DNA from: Pelomyxa schiedti
Taxonomy: Eukaryota > Protista > Evosea
Assembly: GCA_020536535.1 (NCBI GenBank)
Contig: JAHLWZ010000881.1
Coordinates: 1-61,795, forward strand
Direction of reading: 5' to 3'
DNA: 61,795 bases
The translations under genes were made by a program, and so were the position numbers. The notes beneath the pieces were generated by a model that saw nothing but the letters and a program-made list of their open reading frames with translations, was not told the origin of the DNA and did no database searches. Below, in pieces: positions 23,352 to 35,375 of this stretch. The first letter of the stretch is position 1. Each line of letters opens with the position of its first letter.

Positions 23352-24757
23352 GTTAGCACGACATTACAGTCCAGGAGCTGTCGACTCTTACCGGAAAGGC
23401 AAGAGTGATCTCTTCACAATCTCCTGATTGAGCTGTCCAAACCAGTGGAGCAACACAGAAAGGGAGACCGCAGAATAGAACCGGAACACACAAACAAAAG
23501 CCTTCACATATCGTCTTCCCCTAGTATATCTCCCCTTCTTGTTCACCTCGTTCTATCTCACAGGGATCACCCAACCAACTCCACTGTGACTGAAAGTTTA
23601 CCGGCTCATGCAAACTGCGCTGGAAGGTGAAGCGTTCGAGCACTGTGCAGATTGCTTTTTGAAGACTACGACGCGAACATTCCAAAGAATGAGGAAACTT
23701 TTTTCACTTGGAAGTGGTGTTAGGGTGGCAGCCGGAATTTGGCATAACAACTTCGGGGCCTCTATTCTCGTTGCGTGGCCGCGGCTAAATTTCCTAAGTG
23801 AGGGCAATTGTCATGGCCGACTCTCATGGACAAACACTCAATTCTTGGAGTTACTCGAACTGACCAAAACCATTGTCCAATAGTAATGAGTTGGCAGTTC
23901 AAGCTCCTTTTTCTTACATTGTTAATAGAGACAGTTGAGCCAGATTTACCTTGTGAAAGTGCTACATTCACCCTCTCCAACGATAAAGTAGTGCCGTATC
24001 CTCCAAAATCCACCACATGCCTAGTACCGAGCCCCTGGAGGCCTTAGCTGCGAACGTTACAATGTATCCATATTTTTCCCCAAGAGACATCATCAAGGCG
24101 TGTATGATCTGGGCCATGCACTCAATGTCCTTGTGTGACTCTTGCCGGGTACTAAATCCCACAACCGCTGTTGCTGCATATCATAACGAAAGTTAGGGGG
24201 AGCTCAGCCGAACATACTATACTAATATTAAGTAGTAGCAGAGAGTAATACAAGCCAGCATGCCGCTCTTCACAATGTTCTCCAAATCAGTACGCGGTGA
24301 GCTCATAACATCCAGCACAGAGGTTCCCCAAAAAAGGCCGTCCAAATCCGCAAATACACACGTCACTTGTCCAAGCCACTCCTTTCTACAACTCCTCATG
24401 GAGCATTCAAATGTGTCATGCCGCACCATGTCACAAAATCCGGATGACGCCAGAGCGTGGGCATCACTTTGGTTTCCCGAAATGCCCACAATGAACGCGT
24501 CGGGCAAGATCTGACGCAGCATCATCGACGTAGTGGCGAAACCGGAATCTACCACAACGCATATGCCGTTGGTTATACTGACGTATTTCTTCACGAGATC
24601 CTGCACGCGGTGCGTAAGACGACAAAAGAGCGCGGCGTGTTGTTATTACCTGCATTATTTCGTTCATCTGTATTTGAAACGGACCCATGGCGAGATCTGC
24701 AGAAAATGGCTCGAACTGCTGTGCGTGCTCGATACCGCAAACAATCAGGTCCGACAT
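23352..24757 (-). CDS. Hypothetical spliced protein, possibly with a degenerate class I SAM-methyltransferase-like fold
   Basis: ATG 24757 (MSDLIVCG) and an intron into ORF 24217-24606 with ICVVVDSGFATTS...IVGIS...VTCVFADLDG, loosely resembling Rossmann MTase motifs. The 3' end is uncertain. Confidence 0.35.
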
Positions 24758-24934
24758 GGTGTAAAAATAAAGACAACTTTCTGATCGGAATTTGCTTCCA
24801 CGAAATCTAATAAAAAGTGACAAAATCGTCAGAAAAGAGATGATGAAGACCCATCATTTGGAAATGATGATTCGATTCTGAAGCTAAAAGGGCATAGAAT
24901 AGGGTAGAAATCTTCACAAAGTAAATGAGTGGGG

Positions 24935-25405
24935 CTATGTTTTCTTGTTTCCCTTGCGTTTCTCGGCAATCATGCGCTCCTTTCTCATCAGTGTGGATTT
25001 TGCTGCCTGGTTGGCCTGCATTGACCCCATGGCCCGTGACACTGCATCATTGTACTGTGATCCCGATGAGCTGTTGTTTACGCGGTATCCTGGTTCAAGC
25101 CTTTGGGCACTGGCCAGTATGTCCGCGATTGATTGCTGTTGTGATGTGGCAGTGGCGGCTGCTGCCTTTGGTTTATGTGATGTTGCTGCCTGCTGTGGTG
25201 TTTTCTTGGTTTGTGGAGGTTGTGGTTGTTGTATGTAGTCTGTGTCCCCCACGATTCCACCCTCGGAGGGGGTGTCTTCTCCGGCTCCAGCTTCGTCATC
25301 GTCTTCTGAGTTGGGCAAGTCCGGTTGAGTATCACTGCTGGCGGTAGTCATCATGGAGCCACCGGGGCCAAAGAAGCTTGTTGTCTGCCTGGCACCTGAA
25401 GACAT
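24935..25405 (-). CDS. Hypothetical small hydrophilic protein (156 aa; acidic/Gln-rich N half, basic C tail)
   Basis: Uninterrupted ATG-initiated ORF with a protein-like composition, lying between two same-strand genes; no recognisable domain. Confidence 0.5.
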   Translation of the reverse strand: MSSGARQTTSFFGPGGSMMTTASSDTQPDLPNSEDDDEAGAGEDTPSEGGIVGDTDYIQQPQPPQTKKTPQQAATSHKPKAAAATATSQQQSIADILASAQRLEPGYRVNNSSSGSQYNDAVSRAMGSMQANQAAKSTLMRKERMIAEKRKGNKKT

Positions 25406-25539
25406 TGCTAGTGTAGCAATCTGTGCAGGAGTAAGGGCCCATCGCCTTATTGACTGATCGGCAGAAGCAGCACCTTTTACTTTTTGGTTCAGATAAGAAG
25501 CACAAGCTTGAAGTACACTTACGTGAAGATTTGGGCACT

Positions 25540-28500
25540 TTACGGCGGGTGGGAAGTTTCACTCGTGATGCTGCTTTTAACCTTCATGAAATGTAAGACA
25601 TCCCAAAGCTCATAAAATGAACGAACGGTATTGTTGCTTGAGGGGAGGTCAACTTCGTGTATAGTGATGAACAAAGAGAGGCGGTAGGATGAAATTCACT
25701 TGCATTTTCTTCATGCTGAACATTGGCTTGCTTTGTGTAGAAACAGTGAAAAATCGCTTACATTTTCCATGAAAGAAACATACTGTAACAGTACTAACGA
25801 TATCTTTGGTCTTTATCCGGGTGTTCTGACCCTGACCCTCTACTGTGGACATAGAGCCAAAGTGGGTGACCTCAAGTTTGAGTTCTGGTCTGATTTCAAA
25901 ATTCAGTTGCTTTGATAACTGAGCGTAAAAGTCTTTGTACCTGTGACTCCTACAAGGAAGGACTCCAATAAGAACAGTGATACATGTAAATAGCTTAAGT
26001 TGGACTTGGCCAATTCCAGTAACTAGAGTTAACTGCAGCATGGTTAGGCTTGTACAGAAAAAAAGTGAAAGAAAAGTACCAGGTGATTGTCCAAGTCAAC
26101 ACTGTAGTCCTGCACAGGGACAAATTTTCGGTTGCAGAGTGCTGTTGCGGATGATAAGAGTAATTTTCCTTCAGAATCTCGCAAATAAACTATGCCTTTG
26201 AGGGAAAACCTGTTCAAGTTAATGGAGGGACCAAGGAGAAATATAAGACCTTGGTATGTGTACAAGAAGACCGTTTTGCTTCATCCTGCAGATAAAATGA
26301 AAATGTTGTAGAAACCAGAGGAATGAAGGTTTTCTTTACGTGTAGATGTAAGCATCAGCGGTCTGTGGCTTCTCCTTGAAATACATAATTTGAAAAATTT
26401 TTGTAGCATCTTTTTGGGCTCGTCTGCTGTTATTGTGCTGCTCATTCATATGGTCAGCCATTTGCTGGAGTTGTTGGCCATCCACAGAAGGAACAGTGAC
26501 GTGGGTGATACTTTCCGGTAATGCTGGGCTTGTTATCGGAACTGCGTTTGACTTACTCAAAGATTGAAGCAATAATCGGTGCACAACAATATCTAAAATT
26601 TCGTTGCTCAGAAGAATTACTTCCCCCCACCCTTCTACTAAATAATTGGATACCGGCGTATCTTCGGATAGGAGACCTTTGTGAAGTGAGAAGAGAAATC
26701 ATCCCACAAATAATAAAAAATACGTGAAGTGAGTGTAGATGGGTGTTGCAAGACCATAGTGATAAAAGTCTTTATAAGCAAAGCACCCAGAGCATATATA
26801 TCTGCATTGAATACCAACGTGAGATTGCGCACAAAGGGACAAAAAAAAATAATAGGGGCATCGTTACTGTGCTTCTTCCATTGCTCGAGTTGCCATACTA
26901 CGTAGTACGTTGGATATAATTGCATTCCCATGTGTGGCAACCTGAAGAGTTTGAGTGAAGCAGAGAGTAGTAATAAAGTTTCACCTCAAGGGAGATAGCA
27001 AGAGCTTTATTTGAAGAGACATCGATTGTATGTCCAATAGCTTGGGCACACTGCCTGAATTTAGGTACCAAAAAAGATGCTGGAGCAAGTGATTGATACC
27101 TGAACCACTGACTGGAATCGTGTTGCTGGTGGAGATGGGTGGTGGCGAAGCAGCGCACACGAGGGGAAAGATTTGTAAATTTGATCTGCCACATATTCAT
27201 TTGCAAGAAGCATGAACTCCTCTACAACATGATGCACCTCTAGGTCTCCATGAGGAACTATTTGCCATTAGTCATAAAACTGAAATGTTATGTTGCTAAC
27301 CAAGCTTTATGACATGTTTTGTTTGTGGGTCAATTTCAAAAGACACTTCATCACTCTCCAGCTCCAATGCGCCATTGGCGAGCCTGTCAGCCTGTTACCT
27401 TCGTTGGTACATCTTCTTAAGAGGAAGTGTATCTGTTACCCGAAGTTTCCTTGCAATAGCACGACATGCAAGTAAGTCTGTCTGGAGTTGGGCATAGTGT
27501 TTAATTTTTTCTCTGTCTTTATTGCTCAGAGACCCATCAATTACCTCTGAAAGGGTTTAGGCTAGTGCAGTTACAATAGAAAAGAACCTTGCGCCAACTC
27601 ATAGTTGAGCTCGTGACCATTGTTGATTACAGTTTGACCAAACCATGTGTTGACAATTTCCTGTTCGTGTGTGACCGAAGGGAAGTATTCCTCTTAACTG
27701 ACACACCATTTGTGGGGTGAAGTCCCAAATGACACTCATTGCAAGTCTGTCAACACCGCCATGCAAGGAGGCAATTTCTGATGGAAATTATTGTTGAGAG
27801 AGGAGGGAAAAAAAAGAAATTGGCAAACCTTCACTGAGGACTGAAGGTATCATGTTGAAGCGTGTGTGTGGCAAATACACTGTTGTGCTCCTCAATTTGG
27901 CTTCTTTATCAATAAGCGAGCCTTCCCTTACGAAATACGACACGTCGGCAATGTGAACACCAATCCGTGTGATGGTCACCCCTTTATCTTCTACAATTTC
28001 CATAGACAGAGCGTCATCAACATCGCGGCACCCTATTGGATCAATACTGAACACACGGGCACTTGTCCTCAGGTCTCTGCGAGTTGTGTATTCAACTTTT
28101 GGAATTTTCCAGGGGCACTACCAGGCAACATTAAGAATAGGGCAAGTAAGCGAGGTTACAAGAGGAGATCACCTGAGGTGTATTGGTTGGCAAAGTTGCC
28201 AGAGCAGCAGAGGTAAATGTTGGACATGTAATGCCATTTTCAAATAGAACTGAGGCCATCTCGGCCTCCAGTTTCCCAATGGGACCCAGGTTCTTAACAA
28301 AGTGGCCATTTGGATATCTTGGTGCCGTGATATTAGAAGTAAAACCTTTGGGAAATAAATTACTGGGAATCAGACTCCCAGTTATCGATGGACACAATAA
28401 TCCTGCAGTCACTGATTTTATCTGCTTGTTTGGTATGAATCCTAGTTCACCAATTTAATTTTACTTTCAATGGAAAGGAAATATAATTAGCACTCTGGTA

Positions 28501-31049
28501 CCTTATTTTTGGAAATCGGTAATCAAACGGGACAACGAGAATGCTACTCGTTCCTTGGGATGCACATTGGTTGGCATCACTCTCAGGTAATGTTGCCACA
28601 ACTTGCCGCCAGTTTCGTTTGACTATGCTGACTACTTTTCCACATGGCTTGGAAGTTTTTCCTCCTCGCCCACTTGCCACTAGGTAAAGTCAATAAAAAA
28701 CAAAGTCACTTGAATTTGCATACCAAAGCTTTCTGTATCATCAGGGAGATTCACTATATTGGAGGGAGAAACCCATTCACTCTTTGGGAGTATCTGAACT
28801 GCCACAACATCACCTTTCAATGTGGTTAGAATTACGAGGCACAGGAAAAGTTTTGATACCATGGATGGCCCTATTCATGTTCTCCCTCCCAATGACAAGT
28901 ACTTCTTCCACACCTGCCCCATAAGACCTAAGTGTGAACATTAGGAGTTATATCCATTCCAAAGTGAGTAACTGTACTGAAGAGTTGCTTCATTGATATT
29001 CTTACCACTGAGACGGATCTTCCCAACAATGAGAGAGCCCCTTTGAACAGCTTTTTCTCTTTCGCAATCAGAAATATACTTGAGATATCAAGTTAAAAAG
29101 TACATTGAGATACTGTACTTGAGAGAGGGAACTGTACAGGAGTATAAACACTTGATTGGTGCCTGAGAGATGGTCCAGTTGTCCCAGTGTGTTCCACACT
29201 TTGTTGCGACAGTTGTATTGATTCATGCAACATCAAAACACTCTGATTTCCCATATAAAAAGATTTTATGTACTCAGTGCAGGTCATTGCTATGCATTGT
29301 AATGTAAGTATTGTGTGGAGGAAAGAAATCTTACCTTTGGAAGGGGGCCTTAGACTTGCAGACCCTGTGGCAAGAGTCCCTAAATCATCTGAAACAAGTA
29401 CAACTGGAACCCCAGTGGTCAAGTGTTTTGAGTACCACGAAACGGCTTGAACAACAGCTAAAAGAACATTAGTCATGGCGAGTAGCACAGAGAGATCACC
29501 TTGACAATGCTTGTTTGAGGTGGAGTTCTTGGCATATGCCCCATCCATGTGCTCGTTGCTAAAGAAAAAGCATCTTTTTGCTGGTTGCTTCAGCAAGGAT
29601 CTTTTGTGGAAGTGCATGTGAGTGGGTGGAACTTACTACAGGATTACCGTAATCTGTTATAAGAGTGCCGCGTCATTTGTTCTCTAGCCTTTGTTGGGAA
29701 ATCAAATATTAGCCATGTGGCGTTTTATATTGTTACATTAAGGAAATGTTAAAAAAAACCTGTGCCAAAACACTCTGGAGTAATATGAAATCAGACACAC
29801 TGTCATTTTCCAGCAAATCCAGGTATTTCGTGACAATAGAAGTATCAAAAACTGGGTAGTGCGTGGCAGCTGGTGAAAGAACCAAGGTTTGGTATGAATG
29901 ACTTGCAAGATCTACTGCCACATTGCAGCTGTCACAAGGCCTTCTTTTCACTGATCCAAAGAGGAGTTGATTTTCATCCACTAACATGCTCCGAACAATG
30001 TCTGGTTGGTGCTGGTTTTGCATCCCTACACATTTCTTGCAACTCATCATTCCACACAAAATGTCTGTACGGATGTAATGCTCTTTCATCACAACAGATA
30101 TGCGAGTGGCTCTGTTCAATCTGAAATGCAGGCTTTGACCGACCAATTTCACACTGTAATTGGCCGGATGCCGCGCAGACTTACCAGAAGATAGCTTCTG
30201 AGAAGGAGCTTCAGGGGCTATCTTTTCCAAACCTTGCTGTTGACTTTCCGCCACAACAACTGGTTGCTGCAATTGCGGTTGTGTTTGCTGCTGCTGCTGC
30301 TGTTGTTGTTGTTGTGGCTGTAGTGATGACACGTCTCTCCCCTGAGGCTTTTTCCGCGAACCCTTGCCGTGCTTCTGCTGGGGCGGCTGTGCGTCGGCCG
30401 CCGCCCCGGTTGGTTCCTTGTCCCCGCCACGTTTGGGAGGCAGAGCGACGACGGGAGGAGTAACCACCACAGTCGCGGCTTCCTGCAACGGCGCGCTGGC
30501 TTTTGCGCCCAGCGCCACCTGCCCCCCGCCAACTTGTGGGTCCTGGCAAGATTCCTGCTGCTCCCGATCAGACGCTCTGCCCACAGTCACACCCACGCCA
30601 ACGCCGCCCTTGGTCGCCGCCGAGCTTCCGCCAGATCCAACGCCGCCGCCGCCGCCGCCGCCAACAACAACAACAACGCCGCCCTTCGGTGATGCCGCCG
30701 AAACCGAAACAGTACATGACGCCGCAACCGCCGCGCTTCTTGATGCTGCAGACGACGACGCCGCGGTTGGCGGGGTCGGCGGTAGCGACGGCGACGGCGA
30801 AGATCCCGAAGTGGTGTGCTGCTGCTGCTGCTGTGGTTGTAGTTGTTGTGGCGGTTTCGGATGCAGTTGCTTTTGAGGCGCGGGTGACGGCGTCGCTGGC
30901 GTCGCTGGCTTTGCTGGTTGCGGCTGTTTTTTGGGCGACGAGGCCCCTGTTGCGGGCGAACCCCCGCCGCCACCGCCGACCCTTTGCTTCCATACGAATT
31001 TGACAGGACGTGCTGTCGCGTCCTGTGCTGCGTCACTACCACCTTTCAT
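25540..31049 (-). CDS. DIS3L: DIS3-family RNB 3'-5' exoribonuclease, DIS3L-like (degenerate PIN domain), many introns, long low-complexity N-terminus
   Basis: [19 protein letters not shown] (CR3 motif); [10 protein letters not shown]; [10 protein letters not shown]; RNB active site [16 protein letters not shown]; GVHIADVS; [21 protein letters not shown]; C-terminal RSFYELW. Confidence 0.85.
30285..30318 (-). repeat. CAA/CAG trinucleotide (poly-Gln) run in DIS3L-like exon 1
   Basis: tgctgctgctgctgctgttgttgttgttgt on +, encoding [12 protein letters not shown] on the minus strand. Confidence 0.85.
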
Positions 31050-31216
31050 CTTCTTTCTCGACGATTCTGAACGCCTGCCCAATTCAGCTCACAAGTTCCA
31101 TGAGATACGGGTAATGAGGCCCAAGCAACTATCACACACCTTGGCCGACCCCTGGCTACAATCACCCTTTTTCAGAGCAGAAAACCGGTTCAATTTCAGA
31201 ATTGAGTACAACGCCC

Positions 31217-32502
31217 ATGGCAGCTACCACACCCATAAGTAGCGGAAGTGGAGGCGGTAGGGCGCCATACGCGGATGAGCGTGACGATTCGGGCAACGTG
31301 GTTACGCCGTTGACTGTTCCCGTGGCGTTGTTTCGCGGCGCCGAGCTTTACGACGTTCAACGCGTTTTGATGTTCTACAGCCACACGAGGTGTTTGTTGT
31401 TGGTTGTTATAGTAACATTATGGGTGCAGTGTGGTTTCGCTAGAATAGAATGTCCAAAAGTAGTCAGTTAATCTTGGCTCAATGTATACTGTTATTGTTT
31501 ATAATGGTTTTTTTTTTTTCCCCTCTGCTTGAAGGATGTTGTTTATTTAAGGGGATTTTGGTGCAATGTAAAAGGAGAACAACAGCAGAGAAAGGAGGAG
31601 ATGATCAGATTGGATTTGATCGACGAATGTGCAGCAACCTGTATCCCTCCTAAACTCCTTTATAGAACTTAACTTTGTAATTGAAATAGATACCCAGTGA
31701 ATATAACCATAACTGACGACTTTGTTCTGGGAATGTTGGGCGGAAAGGCACAGTGGTCCTCGACAGAACATGCCTTTCAGGCTGCGAAATGTGAGTTGGA
31801 GGCTGACAGAACGTTTTTGGCAGGGTAGGTCTGATTAAGTTTTCCTTTGTGTTAAATGGTACTTGCTTGCTCAACTTATATTGTGAAATTACAGATTATC
31901 AACCGGTAATGCCGCTGCATATGGCCAAGGGAGAATGAAGTTAAATGCAAGCCAGAAGGAAACCCTCATTTCTTTGGGAGTTCCAGCATCCGATTTTTTC
32001 CCGAATGCTGATGTAAACTTATTCTCTATCGCCGTCTTATTCGTCACCTAAATATTTAGGGTTGGAAAAGGTCTGCCTCAGGTCACTATCCCCGAGTGTC
32101 CAACTGGGAGGAAGTGAAACCCAGGGTGATGATGGCTGCACTCCGAAGCAAATTTACCCAACCAGGTGGCATCTGTGCGGTGTCTTTTGCCAAACTGGTT
32201 GCCAGTGGTGTCAACTTCTTCTTTGTGGAACACACCAAGGTATATATATCCTCCATGACACTCACCCAAGTTCTCACTCTCCCGAAGAATGACAAGATAT
32301 GGGCCGACGGACTCAATGGACAGGGAACAAGTAAGAGTCTACCAAACAAGATAACTTAAGCTGTTCCCCTAACTTTTCTGTCAAAGATTTTCTTGGCAAA
32401 CTACTCACTCAACTACTGATTGAAATCAGACAAGGCACAACGTTCCCCATAGACAGGAGCTTCTTAGACCAACCAAACCAAACTCTATTGAACTACCACT
32501 AA
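31217..32502 (+). CDS. NADAR (YbiA-like) N-glycosidase / ADP-ribose hydrolase, spliced
   Basis: Spliced motifs MCSNLYP, WSSTEHAFQAAK, WEEVKPRVMMAALRSKFTQ, FVEHTK|NDKIWADGLNGQGTN and FLGKLLTQLLIEIR match the YbiA/NADAR consensus. Confidence 0.85.
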
Positions 32503-32656
32503 GAACACCAACTACCAAGCACATTCTCGTCCTTTAATTTCGGTTTTTTTGTGAAAGGGGAAAAAACCGAGAAAAAAGAAACAAAATAAAAAGACATCAA
32601 AACCGAGCCATAAAACCACAAAAAACAACAACCTCGAAATGCCGCGATCAACCAAA

Positions 32657-33288
32657 ATGTCGGTGAAAGTGGGCGGAGTGGTTGGTGACGGCAATTCGAC
32701 GTCGTGGAACACAGAGAGTTGGGACGAACCCGGCTGGTGCATGCGCTTCGATGTATTTTTTTCCTCAAATTTTTTCTCTCCCCCTGCTCGTTGCTTGTAA
32801 TTATGGGCACGTTGTTTTGTTGCCTATGCTCTTTTTTTTTTAAATACTTTTAATGCCCACTTTTGCGAGTTATACTACCGTATCACGTGATTCTTCGATA
32901 ATAAGTCATTGTATTACAGGTAGACGAAGCTGGTAATGTGAGCGGAGGCAATTGCAATGAAACAAACAACCCTGTTCTAAAGACATACACGGGAACATTC
33001 AAGGCCAATCACATGAACGTGACTAGCAATCACGGCGTACTCTACGTTGCCGACTGCGTGGTATGCATTTGTAATTACATACTCTCACAATACCATATCT
33101 CGCATAGTACAACATCTTCTCTCATTTGCAATACCACTCTCCTTTTCCGACCTGTAACTTCCTAGCACTTAAATTAATTCTTTGTGCTCATCCCTAACTA
33201 GGATGGTGAAATGGTGAATGTTGTTATAACACATACTACCGCTGGAAGGTCGGCTGGAAGAGGCAGAGTTTTCATAAAAACTGGATAA
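32657..33288 (+). CDS. Small (~107 aa) hypothetical beta-rich protein, 2 introns
   Basis: Three exons join in frame via GT-AG introns: MSVKVGG...WCMRFD|VDEAGN...YVADCV|DGEMVNVV...VFIKTG*. A-rich context before the ATG. Confidence 0.65.
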
Positions 33289-33402
33289 CCCACTACAGTT
33301 TGTGTGTAAAAAAGAATAACAAAACACAATTTTCCAATCTTTGTGCAATGGGTCGTTGCATTGGCCTTTTTTAAAGATATGCTCAAAGTTATCATTTTTG
33401 GG

Positions 33403-34967
33403 TCAGGGCTGTTTCTTTTTGGGAATTGTCAATAGTGGGAGCCCAAGACCTAAGTTTTTTGTTGAGTTCTGGTTTCAATCCATATTTCACATACTCATGC
33501 ACATCCCCTTTCCAACAGTAATCCACCAACATATACCCACGGAGATTGTGATTCCACCAATGATATTCATCGCTTTTCCCATCTGGTTTGCTGGCAGTAC
33601 TGCACTAAGTGCAAGTGGTAATAGTGACCACACAAAGAGGGGAATGGCGGCAATCAAAGTCGAATGAACGTCCTTGAGTGGCCACCCCACAAGGCGGTGA
33701 ATGATGGTCGTGTATATCCAAAAAATACCCGTAAGAAGAGTGTGCCTACCACTCTGTCAGGTAGAAATAAATGAAGTGGGAGCACACAGAGTTGTGATAT
33801 AGAAGTGGGAGGCACAGACTTCCGGTAACCAGAAGCGGAACAGCATTCCACAAAATGCAGGAAACAGGAAGACACACAAGTGAAGAATTCCCGCAATGTG
33901 GTGACCGATTTTCTAAGGTATTGATTGATGGGGATAAGAAAGGAGTGGCACTCAAGCAGACGGAGACAACCTTCAGGTCAGAAAGGGAACGCTTCAATGA
34001 AGCCAAGGCTGTGAGCGTTATTACGATCACCACGCCGAACATTATGTCTCGGAGTGTCAAAGAAGTATCCAAAAGTGGGATATGAACTATAACATCCAAT
34101 AAATTTGGCAATAGAACAAATACAATATGAGCTATTGAGAGGCAGAATATTCCCTCTGTGACTGAGTTTAGTTTGTGATTCCCACAATTAAAGGAATTGC
34201 CTGTGGAGGCGTCAAACTCATTCAGAACCATTTTGCCAGTGAAGTAGCATTCCCACATCACAAGTTCATATGTGAGTGATGTGCTCACAAGGATGAACCA
34301 TATCATCCATCCAGTTGTCTGAAAAGATATTGAGTATCGTCCAACAAGCAATGCCATGTCATACAACGTGGGCCATGATGCAAATATTTGATAAAAGAAT
34401 AAAGTAGGTAAGTGGGTCAAGACTGTGGTCCAACCAATCGCCCACAGGGCTGCAGCAGTTGATGCTTCTAGCGTGCTTTCCTATGTTGCATGGTCAAAAA
34501 AAAAAGAGTACGTTTGCAAATTAGCACTCTACCATCAACATTGTCCATCAGCATAAACCACAGGACAGCAAATGATGCGCAAAGGTCTGCAAGTTGTTTT
34601 TTTTTTTTTTTGGTCCAGTATTAGGAAGATACAATGTTACACTATACTATGACATTCTAAAAATACTCTTAACACTACTAGAACGAAACGTACTGAGCCA
34701 CAAAGGAGGCTGTAATCCTGAGGCCAAAAACCAACAAGCTACGGCGTGAACCAGAAATGCCGGGAGCGGTCCCATAATTGTGAGCACGTTGGGCGCGACG
34801 CAGGATGGCACGATGTGTTTCGTCGTGTACTCGTAGATCCCGCCGAGCACGTGGTTCGTCAGCAACGACCGGTCCTCGCATTTGTACTTATAGTTACGCA
34901 GATACGTTGGGTCTATGACTGACGACCCGGTCACAGGCAAACAAAGAAAACGCAACAGCGCCGCCAT
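33403..34967 (-). CDS. Choline/ethanolamine phosphotransferase (CEPT/EPT family CDP-alcohol phosphatidyltransferase)
   Basis: LRNYKYKCEDRS, VAPNVLTIMG, the spliced catalytic motif DNVDG|KHARSINCCSPVGDWLDHSLD, multiple TM segments, and C-terminal LGLPLLTIPKKKQP* (KKxx ER-retrieval). Confidence 0.9.
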
Positions 34968-35375
34968 CAAACAACTCTTCGAAGGTTTTTCACTTTCGCA
35001 GAAACTCCTCCAAGATTTCAAAGGCTTGGCAATTACGTTCAATTAAAAGGCGATGGAGCTCGCACGACCGTCCCCCGAAGCTTTTTTCATTCTCACTTCT
35101 GGTGAGGATTTTTTAAAGTAGCCCAGCAAGCTGGGGTGTGGTTGTTGTGGATGGGAAACAGAAAGTCAAGTCGACGCGGTCAGCAGGAATATGTAAGGCC
35201 GTTGAGGAAACTACGAGGATTACGAGGATCATAACGGTTTCCTGAATGTCGGATTCGCCTAAGGGAAAACCCAAGGTTCCCCCTGTTGAAAGTTCAACCT
35301 GACTTAGAAGAAAGGGACTTCGTTCCTCCTTTTTGGTGAGTTGGTTGTGGAAAACAGTTCCGCCCAACTTTTGGC

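Noticed and set aside
25332-25562. Cys-rich ORF as a C-terminal zinc finger of DIS3L
   Set aside because: The DIS3L frame stops near 25540, and this ORF is in another frame, lacks an ATG start and overlaps the next gene.
33403-33500. Selenocysteine readthrough (SELENOI-like) at the TGA ending ORF 33487-33690
   Set aside because: That TGA lies inside a GT-AG intron; splicing gives a normal LGLPLLTIPKKKQP* end.
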